Shown: one piece after another, positions 38,945 to 50,100 of the stretch
Layout of the letters: the number at the start of each line of letters is the position of its first letter
How positions within the stretch are numbered: the first letter of the stretch is position 1
Source of the DNA: Neoechinorhynchus agilis
Lineage: Eukaryota > Animalia > Acanthocephala
Length of the DNA: 64,000 bases
Assembly (NCBI GenBank): GCA_051530055.1
Contig: CM121342.1
Coordinates: 9,935,480 to 9,999,479 of the forward strand
Reading direction: 5' to 3'
The notes under the pieces: generated by a model
Databases searched by the model: none
What the model was told of the DNA's origin: nothing
What the model saw: the letters and a program-made list of their open reading frames with translations, nothing else
Made by a program: the position numbers and the translations under genes

Positions 38945-39349
38945 ATGGGTCTTTTACGGAAAATGCGAGTGTCCATAATGCAGTATTTGGCCTATGGAAA
39001 AAGAATAGAATTGGAGGAAGGTGGATTGACAATGACTAAACGCTACTATCAACCGGTGGATGCCGAACATCCCATAAAGGTTGGGCCTTTCAATGGTTCG
39101 ACTTTCTATGAATACTACTCACCTCCATACCGATCTCGACCTGGACATATTCCGAAAATACATTTCTGGGAAGTCTCCTTTGGAACGATGGTTTGGTTTT
39201 TTCTGTTTTGGAACCTTTGGCAACGCCCTCGAGATATTATTAACCATTTTCATGTTCCCGATCCATCAACATGGACTGATGAACAACTCGGCGTCCCAGC
39301 GGAGGATGATCCTTGCTGGAAAGAGTATCTAAAAAAGCAAAAATTATAG
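38945..39349 (+). CDS. NDUFB2: NADH dehydrogenase 1 beta subcomplex subunit 2
   Basis: MVWFFLFWNLW...NHFHVPDPSTWTDEQLGVPAEDD resembles MWFWILWRFW...GHFPYPDPSQWTDEELGIP. Start codon inferred. Confidence 0.85.
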   Translation: MGLLRKMRVSIMQYLAYGKRIELEEGGLTMTKRYYQPVDAEHPIKVGPFNGSTFYEYYSPPYRSRPGHIPKIHFWEVSFGTMVWFFLFWNLWQRPRDIINHFHVPDPSTWTDEQLGVPAEDDPCWKEYLKKQKL

Positions 39350-39689
39350 ACGAAAAGGAAATTAAATCCTGATTTTAGTTTGTTGGTATCTGTGCTCATC
39401 AGAGGCAATCATTCGGATTTGTCCGTTAGGTTTATTTAATGTCTTGGATTATTGTCTTCGTTAGGATAAGAGACTTTCTTTTTCTTAGTTTTACCACACC
39501 GCCGGATTCAACAATTCACTTATTTATGGCTTGTCATAGTAAATTAATATAATCGACTAGATCTGGTAGATTAATTTACAATGACAAACCTTGAGGAAAT
39601 GTCGGAATTTATCCAAAAAGAGAGTTAATCTTTTATATTTTTAACGAAGAAATTTAGCTCTGTAAATGTCATGAAATCACTTACACACG

Positions 39690-40110
39690 TTGGTGTGCTG
39701 CCGTCCTGGTGTAATGGCTCAAAGGAGGGATGCAGCGCTCCGTCCCGTTGCATAGCCAGGATTATGTTTTGTGGGAGGAATGCTCTTTATCTCGGATCGC
39801 CAGTGATTTCTCTTAATCTCTTAGCCAATTGCTTGACCAGTTCTTAAGCCGCGGTACTAATCGACCCGAGTGCCTCAGCGCCAAAGGGAACAAAATAATG
39901 ATTTCGACTCAGGTCCCTGTATTTTGTCTTTTTGCGTTATTCGGCAGCAGTTGCTGCTCCCCCTCCGATTTATTAGTGGCGAATTTTATGTTGCTGGCTG
40001 CGAATGGCGTCCCAGAGAAGGAATTTTCCTCCCCGCGCCACGGGGAATACTGCGGCGGCCATCGAGTCGGCAAAGATTGCTCGGCTCTCAGATGTTGGAC
40101 GCATTCACAG
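39690..40110 (-). mobile_element. Decayed CRE/HERO-like retrotransposon C-terminus
   Basis: Minus strand reads LLWDAI...AATAAE*RKKTKYRDL...YFVPFGAEALG...LREITGDPR*RAFLPQNIILAMQR. In-frame stops present. Confidence 0.8.
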
Positions 40111-40518
40111 TATAAGTTCATTTCCAGGTTTAAAAATTTCTAACCTGTTTTTGTTTTCAAATTCAAGGGTACTAAACGAAACGCACAAGAATGAGTTAAT
40201 TTCGATTTTTGTTTACAAATCTAAGTATTTTTAAATACATTTTGATTTAGAAATCCAAAGAAAAGACTTATAATTTTTATTGTATAGAGTCGATTCCTGG
40301 GTTAATCAGGCCACATCGGAACACGATCGTTTTGGTCCAAATAATCGGCTGGTGCTACGAAAATATAAGTGATTTTCAAATAAAATCGATCGTTGCCAAC
40401 TTAGAAAAAATATCACAAATCGGCAATTTTGGCAAACCGCTTTCAAGAAGCATTACTATGGCTACAGCATGTTTGAGAATATTATTTCGTTGGATTTTTT
40501 GGCACCAACAGAAAACAA

Positions 40519-43500
40519 ATGCCGTTTCAGAATTTGTTTGCAATAAATCGTAAAAGACAACTTGAGACTCGTGAGATTCGTCAAGCTAAAGTTCAACTAA
40601 AAGAGCTATTGCTCTATGTATGTTTCTTAGTGAACCTTTACAGTATAACACTTAGCCAACCCATCCAAAGCATGTACACACTGAGCCGTGTGATTTCACT
40701 TTCTTTGACAGAAACCAAATTCAAGAGAACAAATCTTCCGACCTACACCACTCAGCGATCAAATATCAGTTCGCTAAAAGATGACTTAATAAGTCTTGAG
40801 CAGATTTACGAGGCTGATGAGTTTTGGAATTTTTTATCTGGGCCGTTTTTTCATCTAATTTACGATTCAGATGAACGCGGAATCAGTAGTTGGAGCGATA
40901 GATTTCTTATTTTAGGACAAAACAAGATTGTCGGAAGTCCAGTAATAAGACAACTAAGAGTACGAAATGGAACATGTTCAGCACAATCACGTCTTGGACG
41001 AGAGGAAGTCAGATATGGATGCTTCGGTAGATTTGATTCAACCAATGAGTTTAATGATGTTCTTGTTAAAGAAGTTCCGCTACAACGAGGTGAAATTTAT
41101 CACAGTCCCAGTATTATTTACGAGTACACTGAACCGGCGTATTCTCGATATCTTTACTATAGGGGACATTTTGGTAACTATCATGACGGTGGATATAGTG
41201 TACGATTACCAGTGAATGCGGATGTCCGAAAACGAGATGTTTTATCCATCTTTGAATCGTTAAGGAAACAAAAATGGATAGACGATGCCACTCGGGTCGT
41301 CTTTATTGAATTCGTTGTGCATAATGCAAATGTTAATCTACATGCATTTTCTCAAATAATGGTAGAAATGCCCCAGTTTGGAGGGGCGAGGACTACTTGC
41401 AATGTTAATGTTAAGCAATTGTACAAAGATAAAATGGAGAAATATATGAATGGCTGTAGGGAAGGACGAGCTTATGGAAAAACTATTCATTTTATAGCCT
41501 TTTTCATTTTACCGAGAAAAAAGAAGAAATTGGTGTTGATTTCAATCAGCGAAAAATATGATCACTATCACCAAAATTATCAAATTAAATAGATTTTCTA
41601 GTTTCTTAAGTTCTCGTTTGGTGGCGATGAAAAATTGAAGGAATTTATTTAATCAAATATTTCGGAGCCACAATCTTGTACTTCTTTATCAAAACACTTG
41701 AAAAAACTTCGAAGCAACCTTAGGCGTACAAGATTATGTCTCGGAAATATCGCATTTAATAAATTCCTTTAATTGTTCAACGCCATCATTTAAACTTTTA
41801 TCAATCGGTTTTTCGTTTTTTTCTTAACTTTAAATTTTTATTAAAAGATGACATTCGGTGTAGCTTTTCCATCACTTTTAACAAAGCTACCAAACTAAAA
41901 AGACATTCAAGTCCCTAATGAAAGATTTGGTGGTTATTTTTCTTTACCTTCTAATTCAATAAGCCATTTTTACCTGCTACCTAGTTGATTTTATTTCTCT
42001 GAATTCATCATTATCTTGTGGAATACAACTTTGCATGATTAAGTTTTCTTTTCGAAAATGGATACTTGGGAGATGGCTGGTATAATTACAAAAAAGAAAC
42101 CTTTATTTGAAATTGCTTAATCCCAAGCGTCTATATAGAAATAAAAGTTGATTTAAATTCACAGTAAAAACATCTTGCACAATGTCGTCCTTCCTGTAGA
42201 TACACATTTTTTGTATTTATTTTCTATTACTCAATTCAAGAAATATTAGAACTACTTGACCTTGGATTCATCGAGTATATAAAACTATTTTGGAATTGGG
42301 TAGATAGTTCAATTTCAATAGTGTCCCTGCCATGTATTTACGCATCGATATATCTTCAAACTAAGACAAAGAAAGTTTTCGACTCGGCAACAAGTGGCGG
42401 ACTTGTCATTCAACGACAACAAGGCGCAGTTGTATTTCCATCGGACTACAAACAAGGAAGGAAATATCTAGCAGCTGAATTATTCGCTCTGGGTCGCCAT
42501 TACGAGGTCTACGATAATCTCATGGCACTCGTTGTTTACCTTTGTACTATAAGATTGTTTAAGTATATGAGTTTCAGTACAGCTCTCATAGAATTACAAA
42601 CGACTCTCCAGAACTGTTATAAAGACCTTCTCGCCTTCTTGTTTATGTTCGTTGCAATAATCATGGCTTACGCTCTTCTTGGACACATGATGTTCGGCAC
42701 TGGCTCCGAAGCGTTCGATAAAGGAGAAAAACTGACTTAGGTCTTAGCAATACCTCATATTGCGTTTTTACTCTGCTTCTTATGTTTAATATGTATCATA
42801 TAGGCAATTATTTTTTTCGTTTAATATTATTTTATAAAAACCAGTGGTAGTCAAACGCCATGATCGGCCATTAAAACAATCAATTTTATTCTCAGTTTTA
42901 AATCTAGGCATTCATACGTAACTTAGAATATGAGCCTTCAATACTGATACACATTTTGTTATAGATTGTAGAATCCCATTTTCCAATATTAACAATTAAA
43001 TTTTGATTGACATTTTAAGACCATGGGACCAACGGCTTAAAAATTCACTGAAACTCCAATAGCGTTTTCTGTGGCTCTGCGGGCAACTTCATCATTCTGC
43101 AAGCTTTCGACTTCTTTTTAATTTTGATAATCTTTGGTCCTTTTAGTATGGCAATTGTTCGCAATATTCTTTTGTAAATAGTAGTTCATTTTATCATTAT
43201 AAGCCGGGTCGGTGGTTTTTCATGCCGCTCGTTTTCCCTGTTTTTATTTAGCAGCTATATAAAAATTGATTCCACGAATGTTTAAGTCAATAATTGGGGA
43301 AAAAAGATATCCAAAGCGTCTCCGTATAAGGATCTACATTTTTCATACTAATTTACGATCTAAAACCGAGAGGAAAATCTTGGTTGTTCTGATAAATCGC
43401 TATTTTGGAGGTCAGCATTTCTTCGAATAGCATTGTATCCTCAATAATGAGCCTTGTTTCGATTATAATGGGCGAATTCGAGTATGTGACCATCGGAGAA

Positions 43501-44169
43501 GGCAACAAGTGGCTTGCGCCGATATTTTACTTTAGTTATCAGTTTTTTGTTGCCTATATTCTGTTAAATATGTTATTGGCTATTATTGTAGACACATATT
43601 CAGACGTGAAAGGACACGTTGGACTTCTTGAAAACAACGAATCACAAATGCGAAATTGGAATTTACTATGGAAGATGTTAAAACGGAAACTGAACAGTTT
43701 TAGGTGTGTAAAAAAACTGAATAAATTGATATTGGATGCAGAAAGACGCCGGAAAAAGCTTACTGCACTTGATGTGTATGCCGAGATCAATAAAAGGAGA
43801 ATACGTAGTGAATTTGATCCTAGGAATAAACAAGATCTTGAAAGGATTATAAGTGAAATCGAAAGTATGACAGTAATTTCAAATGATTATGATTCAGCAA
43901 CGAGTACAGATACTGATGGATCATCGGGTGAAACGAGTGAACAGCTTGATGATCAAGCTAGACGATTGAATTTTTTAAATGCCTTGAGGAAGACTTTGGT
44001 TCCAAATGAAATTAAAAGCGACGTTGACAAGTCCTTATGCAGCCCTGAGGATTTCAATCTTCTAAAACGAGAAGTAGAATTGCTAGAACAATTTGTCACT
44101 ATAATGAACACGAAATTGGATTTGATTATTGCGGCGAAAAACACGCCGGAACACTTAATTCAAACTTGA
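40519..44169 (+). CDS. PKD2: Polycystin-2 (PKD2/TRPP)-like cation channel, three coding blocks separated by two non-canonical inserts
   Basis: LKELLLYVCFL, IRQLRVRNGTC, WIDDATRVVFIEF, FKYMSF...LQTTL, IIMGEF, LLNMLLAIIVDTYSDVK, and a C-terminal coiled coil. Confidence 0.88.
41460..42199 (+). other. 740-bp PKD2 insert with perfect 10-bp terminal inverted repeat and TGTAG duplication
   Basis: GGAAGGACGA (41460-69) and TCGTCCTTCC (42185-94). TGTAG at 41455-59 and 42195-99. Removal gives MNGCRYTFFVFIFYY in frame. Confidence 0.75.
41615..41790. mobile_element. Solo palindromic MITE-like monomer related to the 160-bp and 460-bp satellites
   Basis: Arms tggcgatgaaaaattgaaggaattt...gtac and gtacaagatt...aattcctttaattgttcaacgcca. 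The central tttatcaaaacacttgaaaaaact is also found at about 57040-57065. Confidence 0.75.
42721..43429 (+). other. 709-bp PKD2 insert with imperfect terminal inverted repeat and ATA duplication
   Basis: Left end AAGGAGAAAAACTGACTT; right end reverse complement TCGAAGAAATGCTGACCT. ATA at 42718-20 and 43427-29. Removal gives EAFDSIVSSIM in frame. Confidence 0.6.
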
Positions 44170-45199
44170 TTATGTTGGAAATTCGTGTCGCTGAACACGG
44201 TTCAAATTCCAATACTGTTTGTTTTATTTTCGCTTTAATAAAACGGCATCATTTGCGAAATATTAAATTGCAATCGCAAGTGTACTTAACGCCATAAAGG
44301 CCAGATTTTAAAAGTTTTTTAAATAAATACAGACGGCGAGCTAAGAATAAGGATAGGTATAATCGAGCGATTAGGTCTACAAATTTTGAACGAACTTGGC
44401 TTGCTTAAATTGTTCAACATATCAATTTAAAAAGCGTTTTCCAACCTTATTAGAAAAATCAAGCATAAATCAAATAAATTATCTTCACGTCTCAATGACA
44501 ACTAAAATTAAAAAATAGTTGAAATGATGCTGAAAATATTGACAACTAACCGTTTTACCATGCGGAGCCCAGGAGTAATTCATAGCAATTTTTACATTTT
44601 CTACGGTGCTTTATAAAGACCTTAAGGAGCAATGTTCAGTGTTCTATACTGTGGGTGAGGTAGGCAAGTTTCAAAACTTATTTGTACGTAAATCTTTGAA
44701 CATGTTTCCAATGCGGTAAAGCATTCAGACGATCACGAGTTTCTTCAGTCATTGTTGACATGGGTTTGAATATAAGCGTTTGTTTGAGCTCATCAGCTAA
44801 AGGGTTTCCCATCAATTTATTATTCCGCCACATATATTTAAACGCCGACACACACAATAACTTTATATCATTTTGTAACCAATAAGTAACGCATTTGGTG
44901 ATAATTGCACGTTAGCGAATTCGCTTCGATTAAAGTCTGTTTAGTTTTTAGAGCGAATATCAAATTCGTAGTTCTGTACCATTCAAACTTAACTATAGAG
45001 TTTTGTATACACAAAGCAACCCTGATTCGCTCAAGTTAATGAATGGTGTCGAAAAACGACGACTTCCCAAATTTTCTCTTTGCTATCAGTCGTCTTTCAA
45101 AGTAATAATAACAAGTTTTATTTGTTACTCAACTGGGTCCTAATAAACACTCGAGTTCTTATTGGAAAGTGAAACTGGCTATAAATTTTGGAGTGGATT

Positions 45200-46760
45200 A
45201 CGAGTCCGTTCGTTTGAGAATATCCGGTTGGGTAGGAAGGTCCATTCTGGTGGGAATTGGTGTTTATTGCCTGCAGGAGCGCTTGTAAGGTTGGTCTTTC
45301 CTCAGGTTCATTTCAAGCTCTGATATCCAAGGAGCGTTAGTATAGGGAGGTGCGAGGTCAAGAGAGGATGAAACGAAGTAGGATTACGAGTGTTGTGTTC
45401 GTGTGAAAAGGGGCGATATGTGGAAGAAATTTTGGTGGTAGGGTTAATAGGCGTTTTGATTGTGCAAATTTTGGATACTCTTTTATGAAGCATTTTAAGA
45501 CTACGGATTTGAGATTTGGATAGGTTACAAAATATGGGGTAACCGTAAATGAGGGATGGTATGATAAAGCAGAAGTAAAATTTGTAGAGGTCGGGTGAAA
45601 GATTCCTAAATGTTAGAGGCGTGTGAGGAGATAAATTTTAAAAGTGTTGCGCTTGAGGGAGAGAGTGATGCGCGAGTCCCATTTCAAATTTGATTAAAAT
45701 TGGATACCCAGAATTCTCAGGGAGGTGGCTCATTGGATGCCGTTTAGAAGCTCAGGGGATGCTGTGGGGTTGCAGGAGAAAGATGAGATCATTTCGAAGC
45801 ATATAGAGAAATTGAGATGGAGTTAGTGATTGGTGCAGAAATCTTATGTGTGTGATTTCGTTAGAGGTTAAGGAAAGGGAGAGGTGGGGTGGTGAATGGG
45901 TGATATCATCGGTATATAAGAAAAGTTTTGAGTGAGAGGAGAGAGGTTTAAGGTCGTTTAGAAAAATATTAAAGAGAAGTGGTGACAGCACAGCACCTTG
46001 AGGAACGCCTTTGGAGAGGGATAGGTTGATAGAAAAGGTAGAACGGCAGTGAATGTACTCCTTGCGATTGTAAAGATAAGAATCGAGCCAGCGGATCTGC
46101 CACAAGTTGAGACCAAAATCGGAGCAGGCCCGGAGAAGGAGTGAATGATCCACGGAGTCGAATGCTTTCGATAAATCAAGTTGAATGAGACGGGTGACGA
46201 GCAAAGGATTATTGTCGAAGTTGCGCAGGAACGTGTCATAAATGCAAAGTAGGGCATCGGTTGCAGAAAATTTGGGATGGAATCCGAATTGTAGGGCCGA
46301 TAAGTTTTCGTTGAGAAGTGAAAGAAGGCGAGATTTAAAACATTTTTTGATGATTTTTGAAAGGGCGGGTAGAATGGATATTGGACGCAATGATTCGGCC
46401 GAAATAGGATGCCCTTTTTTTTGGAACAAGGGTAACTTTAGCAGTTTTCAGACATGAGGGGTAGATGCCATATAAAAGGCTGAGGTTTATAATGTTGGTA
46501 AGACGGTCGATGAGTTCGGGGATGATGTAACGAAGAGTCCAGTTTTGGATTTCGGATTGAGAGGACGAATCGTGAGATAATTACTTGAGATGCTGTAGTA
46601 CTTCGTATGACGAACCCCCCACCTGGATGATCCGCGCGGTCGGAGAAGGGTAGAAGAGGAAATAGATTATTGAAGTCTCCTGCAATAAAGAAATGGTGTG
46701 AATTTGTCGTATTTATGAGCTCAGGATGCCGATATAGAACGATTGATTATCCCAAAAAGA
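45200..46760 (-). mobile_element. L2/CR1-like LINE relic (RT + short endonuclease piece, internally deleted)
   Basis: ORF 45752-46429 has LQFGF, DLSKAFDSV, GVPQGAVLSPLLF and LYTDD. 46620-46740 matches the endonuclease part at about 200-290. Confidence 0.88.
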
Positions 46761-47025
46761 GAAGTCCGGGGGTGACTCGAAAATTTGAATTGGGATGAGT
46801 GATTGGCAATGGTAGAAATGAGTTTAGAGTTGAGACTTTGTTCGATTTATGGTGTTTTTGAGTTTCTTTTGGTTATAAAACTTGTGACTTTTTAAATCGT
46901 TTGGTTATATTGCACGAAGGATTGTGTTCGCTTGCTATGCCTAGAGTTAATTCGGCAGGAATCATGCGATCTTACCACAGCAAGAATCAAATTCCTCAAG
47001 GAGCATTTTAGAAAAGAAGACAACT

Positions 47026-47153
47026 TGTCAAGAGTTATCCCCGAAAGAATAATATACGTAGTGCATGTGAACATAGGTTGTGAACGTGTGCGCGCTACAC
47101 CGAATAAAACATGACAACAATTTTGTGTGTGTTGCGTCGAATAAAACATGACA
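47026..47153 (+). repeat. 5' LTR (91-bp core plus 37-bp extension ending in a second AATAAAACATGACA)
   Basis: Matches 51278-51378 apart from a 10-bp indel and a few substitutions. Confidence 0.85.
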
Positions 47154-50100
47154 TCTGGTGACAGCGATGGACAGATTTGGAAAATACTGGAGCAACAAGC
47201 GAAGATGATCGAGATGTTGACGAACAGACAGATCAAATATGGAGAGGATCAGGAAGCGCGAAATAGATCAATGATTTCTGAGACGGAGGTAGCGAAAGCT
47301 AACATCACGCCGTTTCGCCAGTATGTGGAGCAGGACGAAGAATGGAAAGATTACACACTTCAGTTGGAACAACATTTCGAGTGGTGCCAAGTAAAGGAGT
47401 CAGCTTGTAAAAAATCATGCCTGCTGTCGTGGATCGGTGCAAAACCGTTCCGCCAATTGACCAAAGTCCTAACAAGAGACAAATTGAAGGATGTGTCCTA
47501 CGAGCAGATAGTAGAGGCTATGGGGAAGCTAGCGGGAGCAGTCGAACATGAAGTAACGGCTAGATTCAAATTTGGTATGATAAAGATGAAAGAATATCAA
47601 ACGTATGCGGAATGGATCGCAGAGTTAAAAGGTGCAGGCGAAAATTGCAAATTCTATAAAGAAGAAACAAAAACGGAGGCTGATGCTTTATCCGAACGGA
47701 TGCGCGATCATGTAGTGCTAAACACGCCGTACGATGCCGTCCGGAGAGCGGCGTTCCAAATCGAAAACCTAACCTTCGAAAACCTTCAGGAGATAGCGTT
47801 CAGATACGAGTCCACCTCAAAAGCTATAGAAATAATGCCGTCGAACAAAGCAGTAGAAGCCGAAAGAGCGATATTCGAAGTCAAAAAGCGAAACGACGAA
47901 GATGAGAACCGGAAGGTGGATTCGCGAGGTAGACGAGACACGCAATGGACTTTTAACAAATGGAAATGCCCTAAATGCGGGACAGGTCATGGAAGGAACC
48001 AAGAATGTCGAGCGCGGGGGTGCAAATGTTACAAGTGCGGAAAACTGGGTCATTTCACGAGAAGGTGCCGCAGCGATAAAGTTAATCGCGTTCAACGAGC
48101 AAGCGATTCACAATCGAGCTCAGAGGAATCGGAAGTGTTCGATGTCAACATTATGGAGCAGGACAAGAGACAACAAGCGTGGATCAAAACGAGACTCAAC
48201 GGAATAAAAATCGATATATTGTTTGACACCGGTGCAGACGTCACCATCATTTCGAATCAGGTCTGGAAGGCTATTGGAAGGCCTCAACTAAAGAAAGGAA
48301 AAAAATTGATCAGTTTTGGAGGATCGGAAATCTCCAGCTTGGGAGAGTGTGATGTGCTGGTTACGATCGGAAGGACAAAAAAGGTAGCAACAGTAACGGT
48401 TGTCGAGCGAACAGCTAAGTGCCTTTTTGGACTGCCATGGTGTAAGCACTTCAACATAAGGCTTCCGCAGGAAGTGTATGTGAATACGATCAAAGCGGTG
48501 GGAATCCATGAAGGGTTGGACCGTTGCTTGAAATTACATGATAAATTATTCCAGCAAAAGACGGAACCGATCAGAAATATGGTAGTCAGATTGAATCTCA
48601 GTCGAACAGCGGAACCAATTTTCGCATCAGCAAGAAGGATACCATTCGCATTGGAACAACCTGCGAGGGAAGAAATTATGCGACTGGTTGATGGAGGAAT
48701 CTTGGAGGCCGTAGATATGGCGCAAGAACAAGTAGAATGGGCCACACCGATTGTCGTCGTCCGGAAGTCAAATGGGAAGGTCCGTATCTGTGGCGATTTC
48801 AAAGTTACACTGAACAGGTTCCTGGTGGCTGATAGTTATAACATTCCGTGTTTGGAAGATGTGTCGAGGAAGCTATACGGGGGTCAGAAATACGCAGTAA
48901 TCGATTTATCGGACGCGTATCTTCAGTTAGAAGTCGATCAAACAACCAAGAACTTGCTAACAATCGCGACTCCATGGGGATTATACCGTTACAAAAGGCT
49001 TCCTTTCGGAGTATCGTCAGCCCCAAAAATTTTCCAGAAGTTCATGGATCAGCTGTTGGATGGCGTACCTTTAACCAAAGCTTATTTGGATGATATTATC
49101 ATCACAGGCGCGAACGACGAGGAGCATATTCAAAACCTAAATACGGTGTTGACGAAGTTGGAAGAAGTCGGAATAAATGTTAGAAGAGAAAAATGTCAGT
49201 TCATTAAAAGAGTGGTTAAATATTTGGGGCATATGTTGGTTGATGGCAAGTTGTGTGCAAACAGCGAAAAAGTAGATGACTTACAAAGAGCAATGGAACC
49301 CAGGAACAAAAGAGAGCTGCGTGCGTTTTTGGGAACTGCGAACTTCCTGGATCGCTTTATTCCGAACTTTCAGGCGATCTGCGCACCCCTATATGATTTG
49401 ATTAAGACAAAAGCTGTTTGGATATGGCGGAAGGAGCAGACAGCGGTGTTCGAGCGCGTCAAGGAAGCTATCGCGAATCACATTTCTTTAAAATTATATG
49501 ATGAAAAGAAACCACTAATTTTGGCGTGCGATGCAAGTGACTATGGTATTGGAGCCGCCTTATTTCAGGCCGACGGTCGTGGACCCAGGGAAGCGCCAAT
49601 TATGTTGACGTCACGAAAACTTAATCCCACGGAAGTGCGATATGCTACCATAGACAAAGAAGCCTTAGCCATCGTGCACGCAATCAAGCGTTTTCATAAA
49701 TACCTTTATGGGCGACATTTTGTGCTAGAAACTGATCACCAACCGTTAAAGCACATATGCGGGTACCAGAGGGACCTCAGCAAGATGACCAACGGAAGGT
49801 TAGTGCGTTGGGCGATAATGCTAAATGAATATAACTTCGATATAAGATACGTTAAAGGCAAAACAAATTTGTATGCTGACTGCTTATCGAGGTTACCGAA
49901 CGATCAGAAGAAATTTACTGTTAATTCAGTAGATGTAAAGTTACTAGCTGCAAATCACCAACAACGCGTTGAGGAGATACAGTTGTCGCGAAAAACGCTC
50001 GAGTTAGCAACTAAGCAGGATCGGACGTTCAAAAAGCTGCGGCAGCAATTGAAATACGGCTGGTCATCTAAAATGGACAGAGTTGATGATGCATACTGGA

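Noticed and set aside
39700-40060. tRNA A-box (TGGTGTAATGG) and HDV-like ribozyme motifs (GCGAAT)
   Set aside because: No B-box or nested pseudoknot could be built, and the region is explained as minus-strand CRE-like coding sequence.
44640-44815. Hammerhead core CTGATGAG on the minus strand, and a small ORF (MGNPLADELKQ...)
   Set aside because: No GAAA follows stem II. The ORF could not be extended in frame or assigned to a family.
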